Sequence record: SRR22947725_7192
Direction: 5' to 3' (one strand)
Length of the DNA stretch: 38,942 nt
The notes under the pieces were generated by a model. The model did no database searches. It worked only from the letters and a program-made list of their open reading frames with translations, and was not told the DNA's origin. Below are positions 1 through 7,892 of the stretch, piece by piece; the stretch's first letter is position 1, and each line of letters starts with the position of its first letter. Made by a program: the position numbers and the translations under genes.

Positions 1-111
1 GTGGGGAATCAGGTGGCGGTGAACCCGGATCAGCAACTTAGACGCTATGCGGTTGCCGCGGGCTGGGAGATCCTCCGTCAGCGCAGGCGAGAGCTAAGGA
101 CCCAAAAGTAA
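1..111 (+). CDS. HAD-IB family hydrolase, 3' end only (runs off the window edge)
   Basis: Frame 1 reads VGNQVAVNPDQQLRRYAVAAGWEILRQRRRELRTQK*, matching the HAD-IB C-terminal pattern VGxPxAVNPD..LR..A...GW; stop TAA at 109-111. Not in the ORF track. Confidence 0.75.
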   Translation: MGNQVAVNPDQQLRRYAVAAGWEILRQRRRELRTQK

Positions 112-133
112 AAACCCGCCTCATTGGGCGGGT
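104..133 (-). terminator. Intrinsic terminator of bS22, between convergent genes
   Basis: Perfect 7-bp stem ACCCGCC(114-120)/GGCGGGT(127-133) with a 6-nt loop, followed on the minus strand by a T-rich tract just after the bS22 stop. Confidence 0.75.
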
Positions 134-138
134 AGTTA

Positions 139-237
139 CTACTTCTTGTTGCGACGCTGGTGGCGCGTCTTGCGAAGAAGCTTGCGGTGCTTCTTCTTCG
201 ACATGCGCTTGCGGCGCTTTTTGATTACTGAACCCAC
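139..237 (-). CDS. 30S ribosomal protein bS22 (AURKAIP1/COX24 domain), 32 aa
   Basis: Manual translation gives MGSVIKKRRKRMSKKKHRKLLRKTRHQRRNKK*; GTG start preceded by a GAGG RBS. Too short for the ORF track. Confidence 0.95.
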   Translation of the reverse strand: MGSVIKKRRKRMSKKKHRKLLRKTRHQRRNKK

Positions 238-286
238 AAAAACCTCGTCTATGTTCTTTTTGCCCTTGTGGGCAACCTGCCAAAGT

Positions 287-571
287 CTAGCCCTTGCGCC
301 TTAGGCGCTCAACCTCGGCATCGATTTGCTCGTCGGTTATCGGCTTGCCGCCAAGACGGCCGTAGGCATCGAGACCCACAAAGATTGCCGCAATACCCAT
401 CCCCAGGACTACCCAAATTGGCCAGTAGGGAGCACTCGGTGACGTAATAAACCAGACCCCGGACGTCAACGCGACCACTGCCGCGTAGACCCACATATAG
501 GTTCTGAAGTCCTGCTTTTTCTTCAGCTGCTTCTGAGCGAAGTTACGGAGAGCGTCACTACCTTCAGCCAT
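287..571 (-). CDS. 2TM domain-containing small membrane protein
   Basis: 94 aa with a basic N-terminus, two hydrophobic segments flanking a YWPIW motif, and a ...ITDEQIDAEVERLR tail typical of 2TM proteins. Confidence 0.75.
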   Translation of the reverse strand: MAEGSDALRNFAQKQLKKKQDFRTYMWVYAAVVALTSGVWFITSPSAPYWPIWVVLGMGIAAIFVGLDAYGRLGGKPITDEQIDAEVERLRRKG

Positions 572-981
572 TACTTCTTACCTACCTTTGCCTTGACTTC
601 TTCGGCGAAATGAGTGGCTTCACTTCGAACGTCGTCAACGACCTCTTCGACCTTTTGCCTGGCTAGCTTCTCGAAGTCCTTTGCACCCTTTTCGGCATCG
701 ACCTTTGTCTCTGCGAGTTTCCGACCTAGCCTCTTGCCAAGCTCCTTGGGGTCAACATCGACATCTAGCTCATCTGCGCGAGCGCGGAGCTGCTCACCAA
801 GCCAGGATGCCCTCTCGGTTATCCAGTGGCCCAACTTCTCGCCTGCCTCACTGAGGTTCTTAGCCAGGTCCTCCTCACCCTCAGCCTCGAAGCCGAGCGA
901 GAGGAAGTTGATCATCCAGTCCTCGATCTCCTCGAGCGGCTCAGGGGTTACCGAGTAAAAACGCTTTTGGCCATCCTCGCG
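571..981 (-). pseudogene. ArsR/SmtB-family regulator, 5'-truncated (helix-turn-helix missing)
   Basis: [23 protein letters not shown] is the ArsR wing and following helix. Upstream of 981 the sequence is the antisense of pnp, so there is no N-terminal HTH and no native start. Confidence 0.7.
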
Positions 982-2726
982 TGGCACTGATTGACGGCCA
1001 GTGGGTGGCATTCCCCAAGCACTCGCAGCTCGAGAACGCCGTGTTTGACATGGTGGTTGCCGGTCGAGTCATCTCGGACGGTGGCAAGGAAGACGTCGCC
1101 ATCATGATGGTTGAGGCCGAGGCCACAGACAACAGCTGGGACCTAATTGGTTCCGGTGCCCTCTCACCAACCGAAGAGGTCGTTGCTCAGGGTCTTGAGG
1201 CTGCCAAGCCATTTATCAAGGCACTGGTTGAGGCTCAGAACAAGCTTGCCAAGCAGGCTGCCAAGGAGACCGCAGAGTACCCAGTATTCCTGCCCTACTC
1301 CGATGAGGTTTATGACGCAGTTGCCGCTGAGTGTGGCGACGAGCTTGCCAAGGTCTACCAGATCGCGGACAAGCAGGAGCGTCAGGCAAAGGATGACGAG
1401 CTCAAGGCCAAGGTTCGCGAGAGCCTAGAGTCGAAGCTCTCCGAGGAGCACATGACCCAGTTCTCAGCTGCCTACAAGGCGGTTTCGAAGAAGGTAATGC
1501 GCACCAGGGTCCTCAAGGAGGGCATCCGAATTGACGGTCGTGGCCTAAGCGACATTCGTGTTATTGATGCTGAGGTTGCAGTAATTCCTCGCACCCACGG
1601 CTCGGCGATCTTCCAGCGCGGTGAGACCCAGATTCTTGGTGTCACCACCTTGAACATGCTCAAGATGGAGCAGCAGCTAGACGCGCTGACCCCTGAGACC
1701 TCAAAGCGCTACATGCACCACTACAACTTCCCTCCCTACTCAACCGGTGAGACCGGCAGGGTCGGTTCCCCGAAGCGTCGTGAGATTGGTCACGGAGCCC
1801 TTGCAGAGAGGGCGCTGGTTCCAGTGCTTCCTTCGCGTGATGAGTTCCCATATGCCATCAGGCAGGTTTCCGAGGCACTGAGCTCAAACGGTTCAACCTC
1901 TATGGGTAGCGTTTGCGCCTCGACTTTGAGCCTGCTAAATGCGGGTGTGCCGCTGCGCGCACCTGTTGCAGGTATCGCCATGGGTCTTATCTCTGACACC
2001 GTTGACGGAAAGACGCAGTACGCCGCGCTTACCGACATCCTCGGTGCCGAGGACGCCCTTGGCGACATGGACTTCAAGGTTGCCGGTACTCGCAACTTCG
2101 TAACTGCAATTCAGCTCGACACCAAGCTCGACGGCATTCCATCGGCCGAGCTTGCCAAGGCGCTTACCCAGGCCAAGGAGGCAAGGCTCTTCATTCTCGA
2201 CATCATGAACGAGGCAATTGACGAGCCAGATGAGCTTTCAGTCTTCGCACCAAGAGTCATCGCGGTGAAGATTCCGGTTGACAAGATCGGTGAGGTCATT
2301 GGTCCAAAGGGCAAGATGATCAACCAGATCCAGGAAGACACCGGAGCCGACATCTCGATCGAGGACGACGGCACCGTCTACATCGGAGCAACCGACGGCA
2401 CCAGCGCAGACGCAGCCAAGGCTGCTATCAATGCAATCGCTAACCCACACGTTCCAGAGGTAGGCGAGCGATTCCTGGGAACCGTTGTGAAGCTTGCGAC
2501 CTTCGGAGCCTTCGTTTCGCTGCTTCCAGGCAAGGACGGACTGCTACACGTCTCCGAGCTCAAGAAGCTATCGGGCGGAAAGCGCGTTGAGAACGTCGAG
2601 GACGTTTTGGAGGTTGGCCAGAAGATTCTGGTCGAGCTAACCAAGGTCGACGATCGTGGCAAGCTATCGCTCTCACCAGTTATCGAGGGTGAAGATGCTG
2701 CCGAGTCCGAGGAAGATTCCGAGTAA
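981..2726 (+). CDS. pnp: Polyribonucleotide nucleotidyltransferase (PNPase), 5'-truncated
   Basis: Motifs [37 protein letters not shown] and [12 protein letters not shown], plus KH and S1 domains. Begins mid-domain at (R)[12 protein letters not shown]; 581 aa against roughly 740-760 aa for typical actinobacterial PNPase. Confidence 0.95.
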   Translation: MALIDGQWVAFPKHSQLENAVFDMVVAGRVISDGGKEDVAIMMVEAEATDNSWDLIGSGALSPTEEVVAQGLEAAKPFIKALVEAQNKLAKQAAKETAEYPVFLPYSDEVYDAVAAECGDELAKVYQIADKQERQAKDDELKAKVRESLESKLSEEHMTQFSAAYKAVSKKVMRTRVLKEGIRIDGRGLSDIRVIDAEVAVIPRTHGSAIFQRGETQILGVTTLNMLKMEQQLDALTPETSKRYMHHYNFPPYSTGETGRVGSPKRREIGHGALAERALVPVLPSRDEFPYAIRQVSEALSSNGSTSMGSVCASTLSLLNAGVPLRAPVAGIAMGLISDTVDGKTQYAALTDILGAEDALGDMDFKVAGTRNFVTAIQLDTKLDGIPSAELAKALTQAKEARLFILDIMNEAIDEPDELSVFAPRVIAVKIPVDKIGEVIGPKGKMINQIQEDTGADISIEDDGTVYIGATDGTSADAAKAAINAIANPHVPEVGERFLGTVVKLATFGAFVSLLPGKDGLLHVSELKKLSGGKRVENVEDVLEVGQKILVELTKVDDRGKLSLSPVIEGEDAAESEEDSE

Positions 2727-2729
2727 TTA

Positions 2730-4040
2730 TTGGAACTAAAGCTAGATAGCTCAGTCGAATTCACCGCTGAGGCATCAAGGATCTCAAGAACCTTGCTGCC
2801 CAGCGGTGTTCGCATTCTTAGCGAGGAGGTTCCATCCGCCCCATCGGTTGCGATAGCGGCCTCTGTCGGCGTTGGTTCAAGAGATGAGACCGATGACCAC
2901 CTCGGGTCAACCCACTTCTTGGAGCACCTTTTGTTCAAGGGGACTGCAAGACGTTCGGCCAAGGATATCTCGGTCGCATTCGATTCGGTCGGTGGCTCCT
3001 CTAATGCCGCTACGGCAAAGGAATACACCAGTTACTACGCAAGGGTGCAGAACGCGGCAATGCCGCTGGCACTTGACGTGATTCTCGACATGTTCACCTC
3101 AGCCAAGCTAGATCCTCAAGATTTCGAGACCGAGCGAACCGTGATTCTCGAGGAACTTGCCATGAATGAGGACGATCCTGAGGATGTTGCTCACGAGGCC
3201 TTCGCCGATGCCCTGATGCCCAACACTTCCCTCGGTCGCCCGATTGGAGGCAGCCCTGAGAGCATCAAGGCTGTCACCAGAGACCGCGTCTTCGAGCACT
3301 ACCTAGAAAACTATTCACCCAGCTCCCTCGTTATTACCGCAGCCGGCGGTCTCAAGCATGAGGAGCTTGTGGAGCTGGTTTCTAAGCAGCTGGCGGAGGT
3401 GGGTTGGACCGCTAATGCGGCCCCAATGCCTAGGCGTCAGCATGGTGCTGCGGGTATTCCAAGCCCAGAGCCGATGAGGCTTATAAAGAAAGACGTGCAG
3501 CAGGCGAATGTGCTGCTTGGTCACCAGAGCTTCCATGCCATGGATGATCAGCGCTACGCGCTTGGCATCATGAACACCATCCTTGGCGGTGGCATGTCAT
3601 CAAGGCTCTACCAGGAGATTCGGGAGGACAGGGGTCTTGCCTACTCCACCTACTCCTACCAGCACGGATACTCCGATGCCGGATTCTTTGGAATGTATGC
3701 CGGATGTAATCCTGAGAATGCCGCACTGGTTGTGGATTTGATGCGTCAGGGACTGGACGGCATAGCCCAGTCTGGAGTTACCGACCACGAGTTCGAGTTG
3801 GCACTTGGGAACATAACCGGGGGCCTGGCACTGCGCTTTGAGGGGACACTCTCGCGGATGAACAGGCTGATGGGTGCCGAGCTTGGAAGCGGCGAGTGGC
3901 TTAGCGTCGAAGAGGTGCTGGAGCGGTTCCGAGCGGTCACCAAGGAAGAGGTTCAGCAGGTAGCGCAGCGCATCAGGGCGATGCCGCAGACGCTGGTGGC
4001 AGTGGGTAGCGCGCTAGATCAGCTTGAAAAGAGAGCTTGA
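2730..4040 (+). CDS. M16 family (pitrilysin/insulinase-like) zinc peptidase
   Basis: HFLEH inverted zinc motif and LGGGMSSRLYQEIREDRGLAYS; usual position downstream of pnp. Confidence 0.93.
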   Translation: MELKLDSSVEFTAEASRISRTLLPSGVRILSEEVPSAPSVAIAASVGVGSRDETDDHLGSTHFLEHLLFKGTARRSAKDISVAFDSVGGSSNAATAKEYTSYYARVQNAAMPLALDVILDMFTSAKLDPQDFETERTVILEELAMNEDDPEDVAHEAFADALMPNTSLGRPIGGSPESIKAVTRDRVFEHYLENYSPSSLVITAAGGLKHEELVELVSKQLAEVGWTANAAPMPRRQHGAAGIPSPEPMRLIKKDVQQANVLLGHQSFHAMDDQRYALGIMNTILGGGMSSRLYQEIREDRGLAYSTYSYQHGYSDAGFFGMYAGCNPENAALVVDLMRQGLDGIAQSGVTDHEFELALGNITGGLALRFEGTLSRMNRLMGAELGSGEWLSVEEVLERFRAVTKEEVQQVAQRIRAMPQTLVAVGSALDQLEKRA

Positions 4041-4053
4041 TAGGTTTAGACAC

Positions 4054-4770
4054 ATGATTTCAGTGGCAATCCTTGGCGCCTCAGGGCGAATGGGCCGGCT
4101 TACCAAAGACCTGGTAGATGCCGACGCCAATCTAAAGCTGCACGCCGCCATGGACTCAAGCTCTGCGCCTCAGCAAATGCTTGGGGCTGACGTTGTCATT
4201 GACTTCACCAACTTAGGCGCCTCCGAGGAGCTTGTGAGGTTTGCTGTCGAGTCCGGCATGAAGGTCGTGGTCGGAACCTCAGGTTGGTCCGAGGTGAAGC
4301 TTGCCGCTATTGAGAAGCTTCTCAATCAGAACCCAGCGGCTGCGGTTGTGGTCGTGCCTAACTTTTCGATCGGGTCGATGCTGCTGCAGCGCTTTGCCGC
4401 TGAGGCTGCTGCCCACTTTGCCTCGATAGAGATCATCGAGGCCCACCATGCAGGAAAGCTCGATTCGCCCTCGGGAACGGCCATGAGAACCGCGGAGCAG
4501 ATTTCGAAGAATCGTGGCTCTCAGCCGCTGATTCCGGGTGTTGATCAGGAAGCCAGGGGAGAGGTGGTGGCAGGAGTGCCAATCCACTCGCTTCGAATGG
4601 ACGGGGTCAGTGCTAAGCAGGATGTCATTTTTGGTGGTGATAGTGAGCAGCTGGTGCTGAGTCACGATGTCTCCTCTCACCGTGCCTATTCGGCCGGAAT
4701 ACTTCGGTCAATCGAGTTTGCAGCCAAGTCCAAGGGCCTAACCGTTGGCCTGGAGAATGTTCTTGTCTAA
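4054..4770 (+). CDS. dapB: 4-hydroxy-tetrahydrodipicolinate reductase
   Basis: GASGRMG, VVGTSG, PNFSIG and EAHHAGKLDSPSGTA motifs; ATG 4054 preferred to the ORF-track start at 4024. Confidence 0.95.
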   Translation: MISVAILGASGRMGRLTKDLVDADANLKLHAAMDSSSAPQQMLGADVVIDFTNLGASEELVRFAVESGMKVVVGTSGWSEVKLAAIEKLLNQNPAAAVVVVPNFSIGSMLLQRFAAEAAAHFASIEIIEAHHAGKLDSPSGTAMRTAEQISKNRGSQPLIPGVDQEARGEVVAGVPIHSLRMDGVSAKQDVIFGGDSEQLVLSHDVSSHRAYSAGILRSIEFAAKSKGLTVGLENVLV

Positions 4771-5215
4771 GAGCGCGACCCTCGCCTGGCTTGCAGTAAT
4801 TGTTTTTCTCACTCTCCTTTACGCATTTGAGCTGGTGCAGCGCGCGGTAGTGCTTATCGCCGATGGTTCCCCCATTGCTCTTGCCATGGGGCTTGCGATT
4901 ATTGTGCTGCCACCTTTCGCGGTGGCCTTTGTGCTCATAGAGATTCGCTTTGGCCTAAATGCGGCAAAGCTGCAGCGCCTGGTTGACGAGGCCGGTCTTG
5001 TCTTTGACTATGAGCTTCGCCCCAGCGGCAGGGCTGTTCGAGAAAGCGCACAGGTTGGCTTTGAGAGATTCAAGCTGCTCGTGGAGGAAAACGAGGAGAA
5101 CCACCTCTACTGGTTCCTACTCGCAGACGCCTATGACAAGATGGGCGACCGCCCAAGGGCCAGAAAGACGGCTAGAAAAGCCTTCCTACTTGCCAAGCAG
5201 GCCGGCGCGCTTTAG
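4757..5215 (+). CDS. Conserved actinobacterial membrane protein with TPR-like C-terminus
   Basis: Two N-terminal TM helices, then RPSGR and WFLLADAYDKMGDRPRARK. Start is either 4757 (ATG) or 4763 (TTG). Confidence 0.75.
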   Translation: MFLSKSATLAWLAVIVFLTLLYAFELVQRAVVLIADGSPIALAMGLAIIVLPPFAVAFVLIEIRFGLNAAKLQRLVDEAGLVFDYELRPSGRAVRESAQVGFERFKLLVEENEENHLYWFLLADAYDKMGDRPRARKTARKAFLLAKQAGAL

Positions 5216-5635
5216 AAGCAAATACATCTGGCACCCCAGGCAAAAGGCAAAGAACGCATTCAGGAAGGCAGCCAGGAAAATAAATGCAGCTGCAATGGCC
5301 ACAACCGTCTCGCTCAAAAGCGCAACTCCAATGCCGCCAAGAATTGCAAAACTGAGCCCAACCTTCTGAGCAAACTGGGGAGGCCTTGGGTCTTCAAGCT
5401 CGGAGGGCTCTTTGAGTCTGGGCCTGACAAGTTTTTTAAAAATTTGTTGGTAGGGGTGGCTTGCCGGGGAGAAAACGCTCCATAGAAAAGATGCGAGCAG
5501 CGCTGCCATCAAGACAAATGCGAATGTGGTGTTGAAAACCGCGCCAATGGCAGCGGCGAAGGTGCCGAGCGATAACACGCTCGTAATTCCGGCACCGAAC
5601 CTGGGACCGCGAGGGTCTATAAACTGCACGCTCAT
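5186..5635 (-). CDS. DUF4395 domain membrane protein
   Basis: IDPRGPRFGAGIT, EDPRPPQFAQKVG and AAFLNAFFAFCLGCQMY signatures. Confidence 0.88.
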   Translation of the reverse strand: MSVQFIDPRGPRFGAGITSVLSLGTFAAAIGAVFNTTFAFVLMAALLASFLWSVFSPASHPYQQIFKKLVRPRLKEPSELEDPRPPQFAQKVGLSFAILGGIGVALLSETVVAIAAAFIFLAAFLNAFFAFCLGCQMYLLLKRAGLLGK

Positions 5636-6069
5636 TTCACTCCTAGTTTCTCTAGTTCCTGCATAAGTAGTGGCAGCTTTGGAACGCCACCTACTCGGTA
5701 GACGATCTCGCCACTCGGGTTCAGCACGAATATCGTTGGTGTCTGACTGATGTTGAATTTGGCCGCTATCTCAATTCGCTCTGTGATGTCGACCTCGAGG
5801 TGGGAAAGGCCACCTAGTCGATACTCGAGTTGGGCTAGCTGCCTGCGAACTCCTGGGCACTGACCGCAGTACTCGGTGGAAAACTGCAGCAGGGTCGCCT
5901 TCTTACCAAGGACATTGGTTGGAACACCGTTCTTGGTGGCGCCCAGCCTGCCCAGGTCTACCCGCTGCTTGCCAGCTACCTTGTGTCCTCTGCCGTGCAG
6001 CAGCCGATAGCTGATTCCGGCCGCGATGGCTGCCAGCAGCAGCAGGCCAACAAGGGTTAGGGAATCCAC
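5632..6069 (-). CDS. Membrane-anchored thioredoxin-family protein
   Basis: N-terminal TM helix, LLQFSTEYCGQCP (CxxC) and a TPT cis-Pro motif; ATGA overlap with the DUF4395 gene. Confidence 0.88.
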   Translation of the reverse strand: MDSLTLVGLLLLAAIAAGISYRLLHGRGHKVAGKQRVDLGRLGATKNGVPTNVLGKKATLLQFSTEYCGQCPGVRRQLAQLEYRLGGLSHLEVDITERIEIAAKFNISQTPTIFVLNPSGEIVYRVGGVPKLPLLMQELEKLGVK

Positions 6070-6149
6070 CGTGCAAGGTTAAGCGAAAAGGGAGATAAAG
6101 GGCGGAGTGTTGCGCTTTTTTACATCGAGCTAGCTTTAGGCTTTGTCCG

Positions 6150-6878
6150 ATGAGTGAGATTGAGTTTAGATCCGATGTGACCGTTGAGCTGGTGCGCTCC
6201 AGCGCTCAGGATGCCGATGTGCTTTTTGCCGCCAGGGTTTCCACCCAGGGTGAGCAGACTCTAGAGAGCGCAAAGGTTATTGACGCTGAGATTGAGAAGC
6301 GCGATAAGGGCCTAATCAACTACCTGATGCGTGACCGCCACGGCTCACCATTTGAGCACAACTCGATGACCTTCTATGTCCAGGCTCCAATCTTTGTCTT
6401 CCGCGAATTCATGCGGCACCGCATCGCAAGTTACAACGAGGAGTCCGGTCGCTACCGCGAACTCCGTCCGGTTTTCTATGTCCCGGGACCCGAGCGCAAG
6501 CTGATTCAGGTTGGAAAGCCGGGAGCCTACGAGTTTGAGGACGGCACCGCCGAGCAAACAGCACTGGTTGAAAAGGAAACCATGGCGGTCACCAGGGCTG
6601 CATATGAGTCCTATCAGCGCATGCTCGAGGCAGGTGTTGCCAGAGAGGTCGCGAGAATCGTGTTGCCGCTAAACATCTATTCGTCGATGTATGTCACGAT
6701 GAATGCCAGGTCACTGATGAACTTCCTCTCCCTGCGGACCAAGCGCGAGGGGACCCACTTCCCCTCCTTCCCGCAGCGTGAGATTGAGATGGTTGCGGAG
6801 AGGATGGAGGAGGCCTGGGCCAAGCTCATGCCGCTCAGCTACGAGACGTTCAACGAGAACGGTCGGGTAGCCCCATAG
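6150..6878 (+). CDS. thyX: FAD-dependent thymidylate synthase
   Basis: HGSPFEH and the ThyX motif RHRIASYNEESGRY. Confidence 0.97.
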   Translation: MSEIEFRSDVTVELVRSSAQDADVLFAARVSTQGEQTLESAKVIDAEIEKRDKGLINYLMRDRHGSPFEHNSMTFYVQAPIFVFREFMRHRIASYNEESGRYRELRPVFYVPGPERKLIQVGKPGAYEFEDGTAEQTALVEKETMAVTRAAYESYQRMLEAGVAREVARIVLPLNIYSSMYVTMNARSLMNFLSLRTKREGTHFPSFPQREIEMVAERMEEAWAKLMPLSYETFNENGRVAP

Positions 6879-6911
6879 TCTTTCGGCCTGCGATTTCGCT
6901 AGGCTAGCCGG

Positions 6912-7892
6912 ATGGTTACTCAAGAGCCCGACGTCTTCGGCCAGGTGCTGGTCGCACTTGTCACGCCCATGAATCACGAGGGCGAAGTTGACTGGGATGC
7001 CACTGAGAAGCACATCGACTATGTGATTTCGGCTGGTGCCGATGGCGTGGTCATCACTGGCACCACAGGTGAGACGTCTACCCTGACCGATGCCGAGAAG
7101 ATCAAACTGGTTGAGGTTGGTAAGTCGGTCTCTGCCGGCAGGGCCAAGATAATCACCGGTGGTGGCTCTAACGAGACCGCTCACGCAATTCAGCTCTACA
7201 AGGCCAGCGAAAAGGCCGGTGCCGATGGCGTGATGGTGGTAACCCCCTACTACAACAAGCCAACCCAGGCCGGCATCCTCACACACTTCAGGCTGATAGC
7301 GGATGCTACCGACCTGCCAGTGATTCTCTACGACATCCCTGGGCGCACTGGTGTGCCGATTTCCTATGACACCTTCCACAGGGCGGCAAAGCACCCAAAC
7401 ATCGTTGCCATCAAGGATGCCAAGGGTGATCTTGCCCAAACGTCTAGGTTGCTGCTCGAGACGGGGCTGATGTATTTCTCGGGAGATGACTCAAACGTTC
7501 TGCCTCACCTTTCTCTGGGGGCGACGGGACTAATTGGAGTGACTGCAAACATCGCACCGCATGCCTATCGGGCCATGGTCGATGCGACAAATGCCAATGA
7601 CTTCCACGCGGCGCTCGCGGTCCACAACGCACTCGAGCCGCTACAGCGCGCCATCATGACCCACGTCCCAGGAACTGTTGCGGCGAAGTATGTGCTGCAC
7701 GGACTCGGAAAGATTTCTTCTCCAAGGGTGAGGTTGCCCCTTGTCGGACCAGAGGACCATGAGGCTGCTCTGATTGAGGGCGGAATCGACCAGGTGAACA
7801 AGGTTCCGGGCGTTAGCTTTGACAATTTCAGGCCGGACCGCAATGCGGCTGCCGGTGGCGCCCTCCCCAAGGTCGCCGGAACTACTCGCTAG
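6912..7892 (+). CDS. dapA: 4-hydroxy-tetrahydrodipicolinate synthase
   Basis: GTTGE, VTPYYNKP, LYDIPGRTG, and the Schiff-base Lys in AIKDAKGD. Confidence 0.96.
   Translation: MVTQEPDVFGQVLVALVTPMNHEGEVDWDATEKHIDYVISAGADGVVITGTTGETSTLTDAEKIKLVEVGKSVSAGRAKIITGGGSNETAHAIQLYKASEKAGADGVMVVTPYYNKPTQAGILTHFRLIADATDLPVILYDIPGRTGVPISYDTFHRAAKHPNIVAIKDAKGDLAQTSRLLLETGLMYFSGDDSNVLPHLSLGATGLIGVTANIAPHAYRAMVDATNANDFHAALAVHNALEPLQRAIMTHVPGTVAAKYVLHGLGKISSPRVRLPLVGPEDHEAALIEGGIDQVNKVPGVSFDNFRPDRNAAAGGALPKVAGTTR

Noticed and set aside
38-283. 81-aa minus-strand ORF
   Set aside because: Alternative frame over bS22, its terminator and the HAD-IB 3' end; no recognisable protein features.
614-958. Ser-rich 114-aa plus-strand ORF
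   Set aside because: Antisense shadow of the Glu/Lys-rich ArsR tail.
982-1011. ORF-track N-terminus [10 protein letters not shown] of the ArsR ORF
   Set aside because: It is the antisense of pnp codons across the breakpoint, not a real N-terminus.
2378-3028. 216-aa minus-strand ORF across pnp and the M16 peptidase
   Set aside because: Ser/Thr-rich antisense shadow of two well-supported genes.
6889-6906. Weak hairpin between thyX and dapA as a terminator or lysine riboswitch
   Set aside because: Only 33 nt of intergenic sequence, no U-tract and far too short for a riboswitch; better explained by the TAGGCT -10.
6711-7439. 242-aa minus-strand ORF across thyX and dapA
   Set aside because: Antisense shadow produced by codon bias; no motif or RBS.
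7441-7760. Apparent codon-usage shift in the second half of dapA
   Set aside because: Too few codons to support by eye; within plausible noise.
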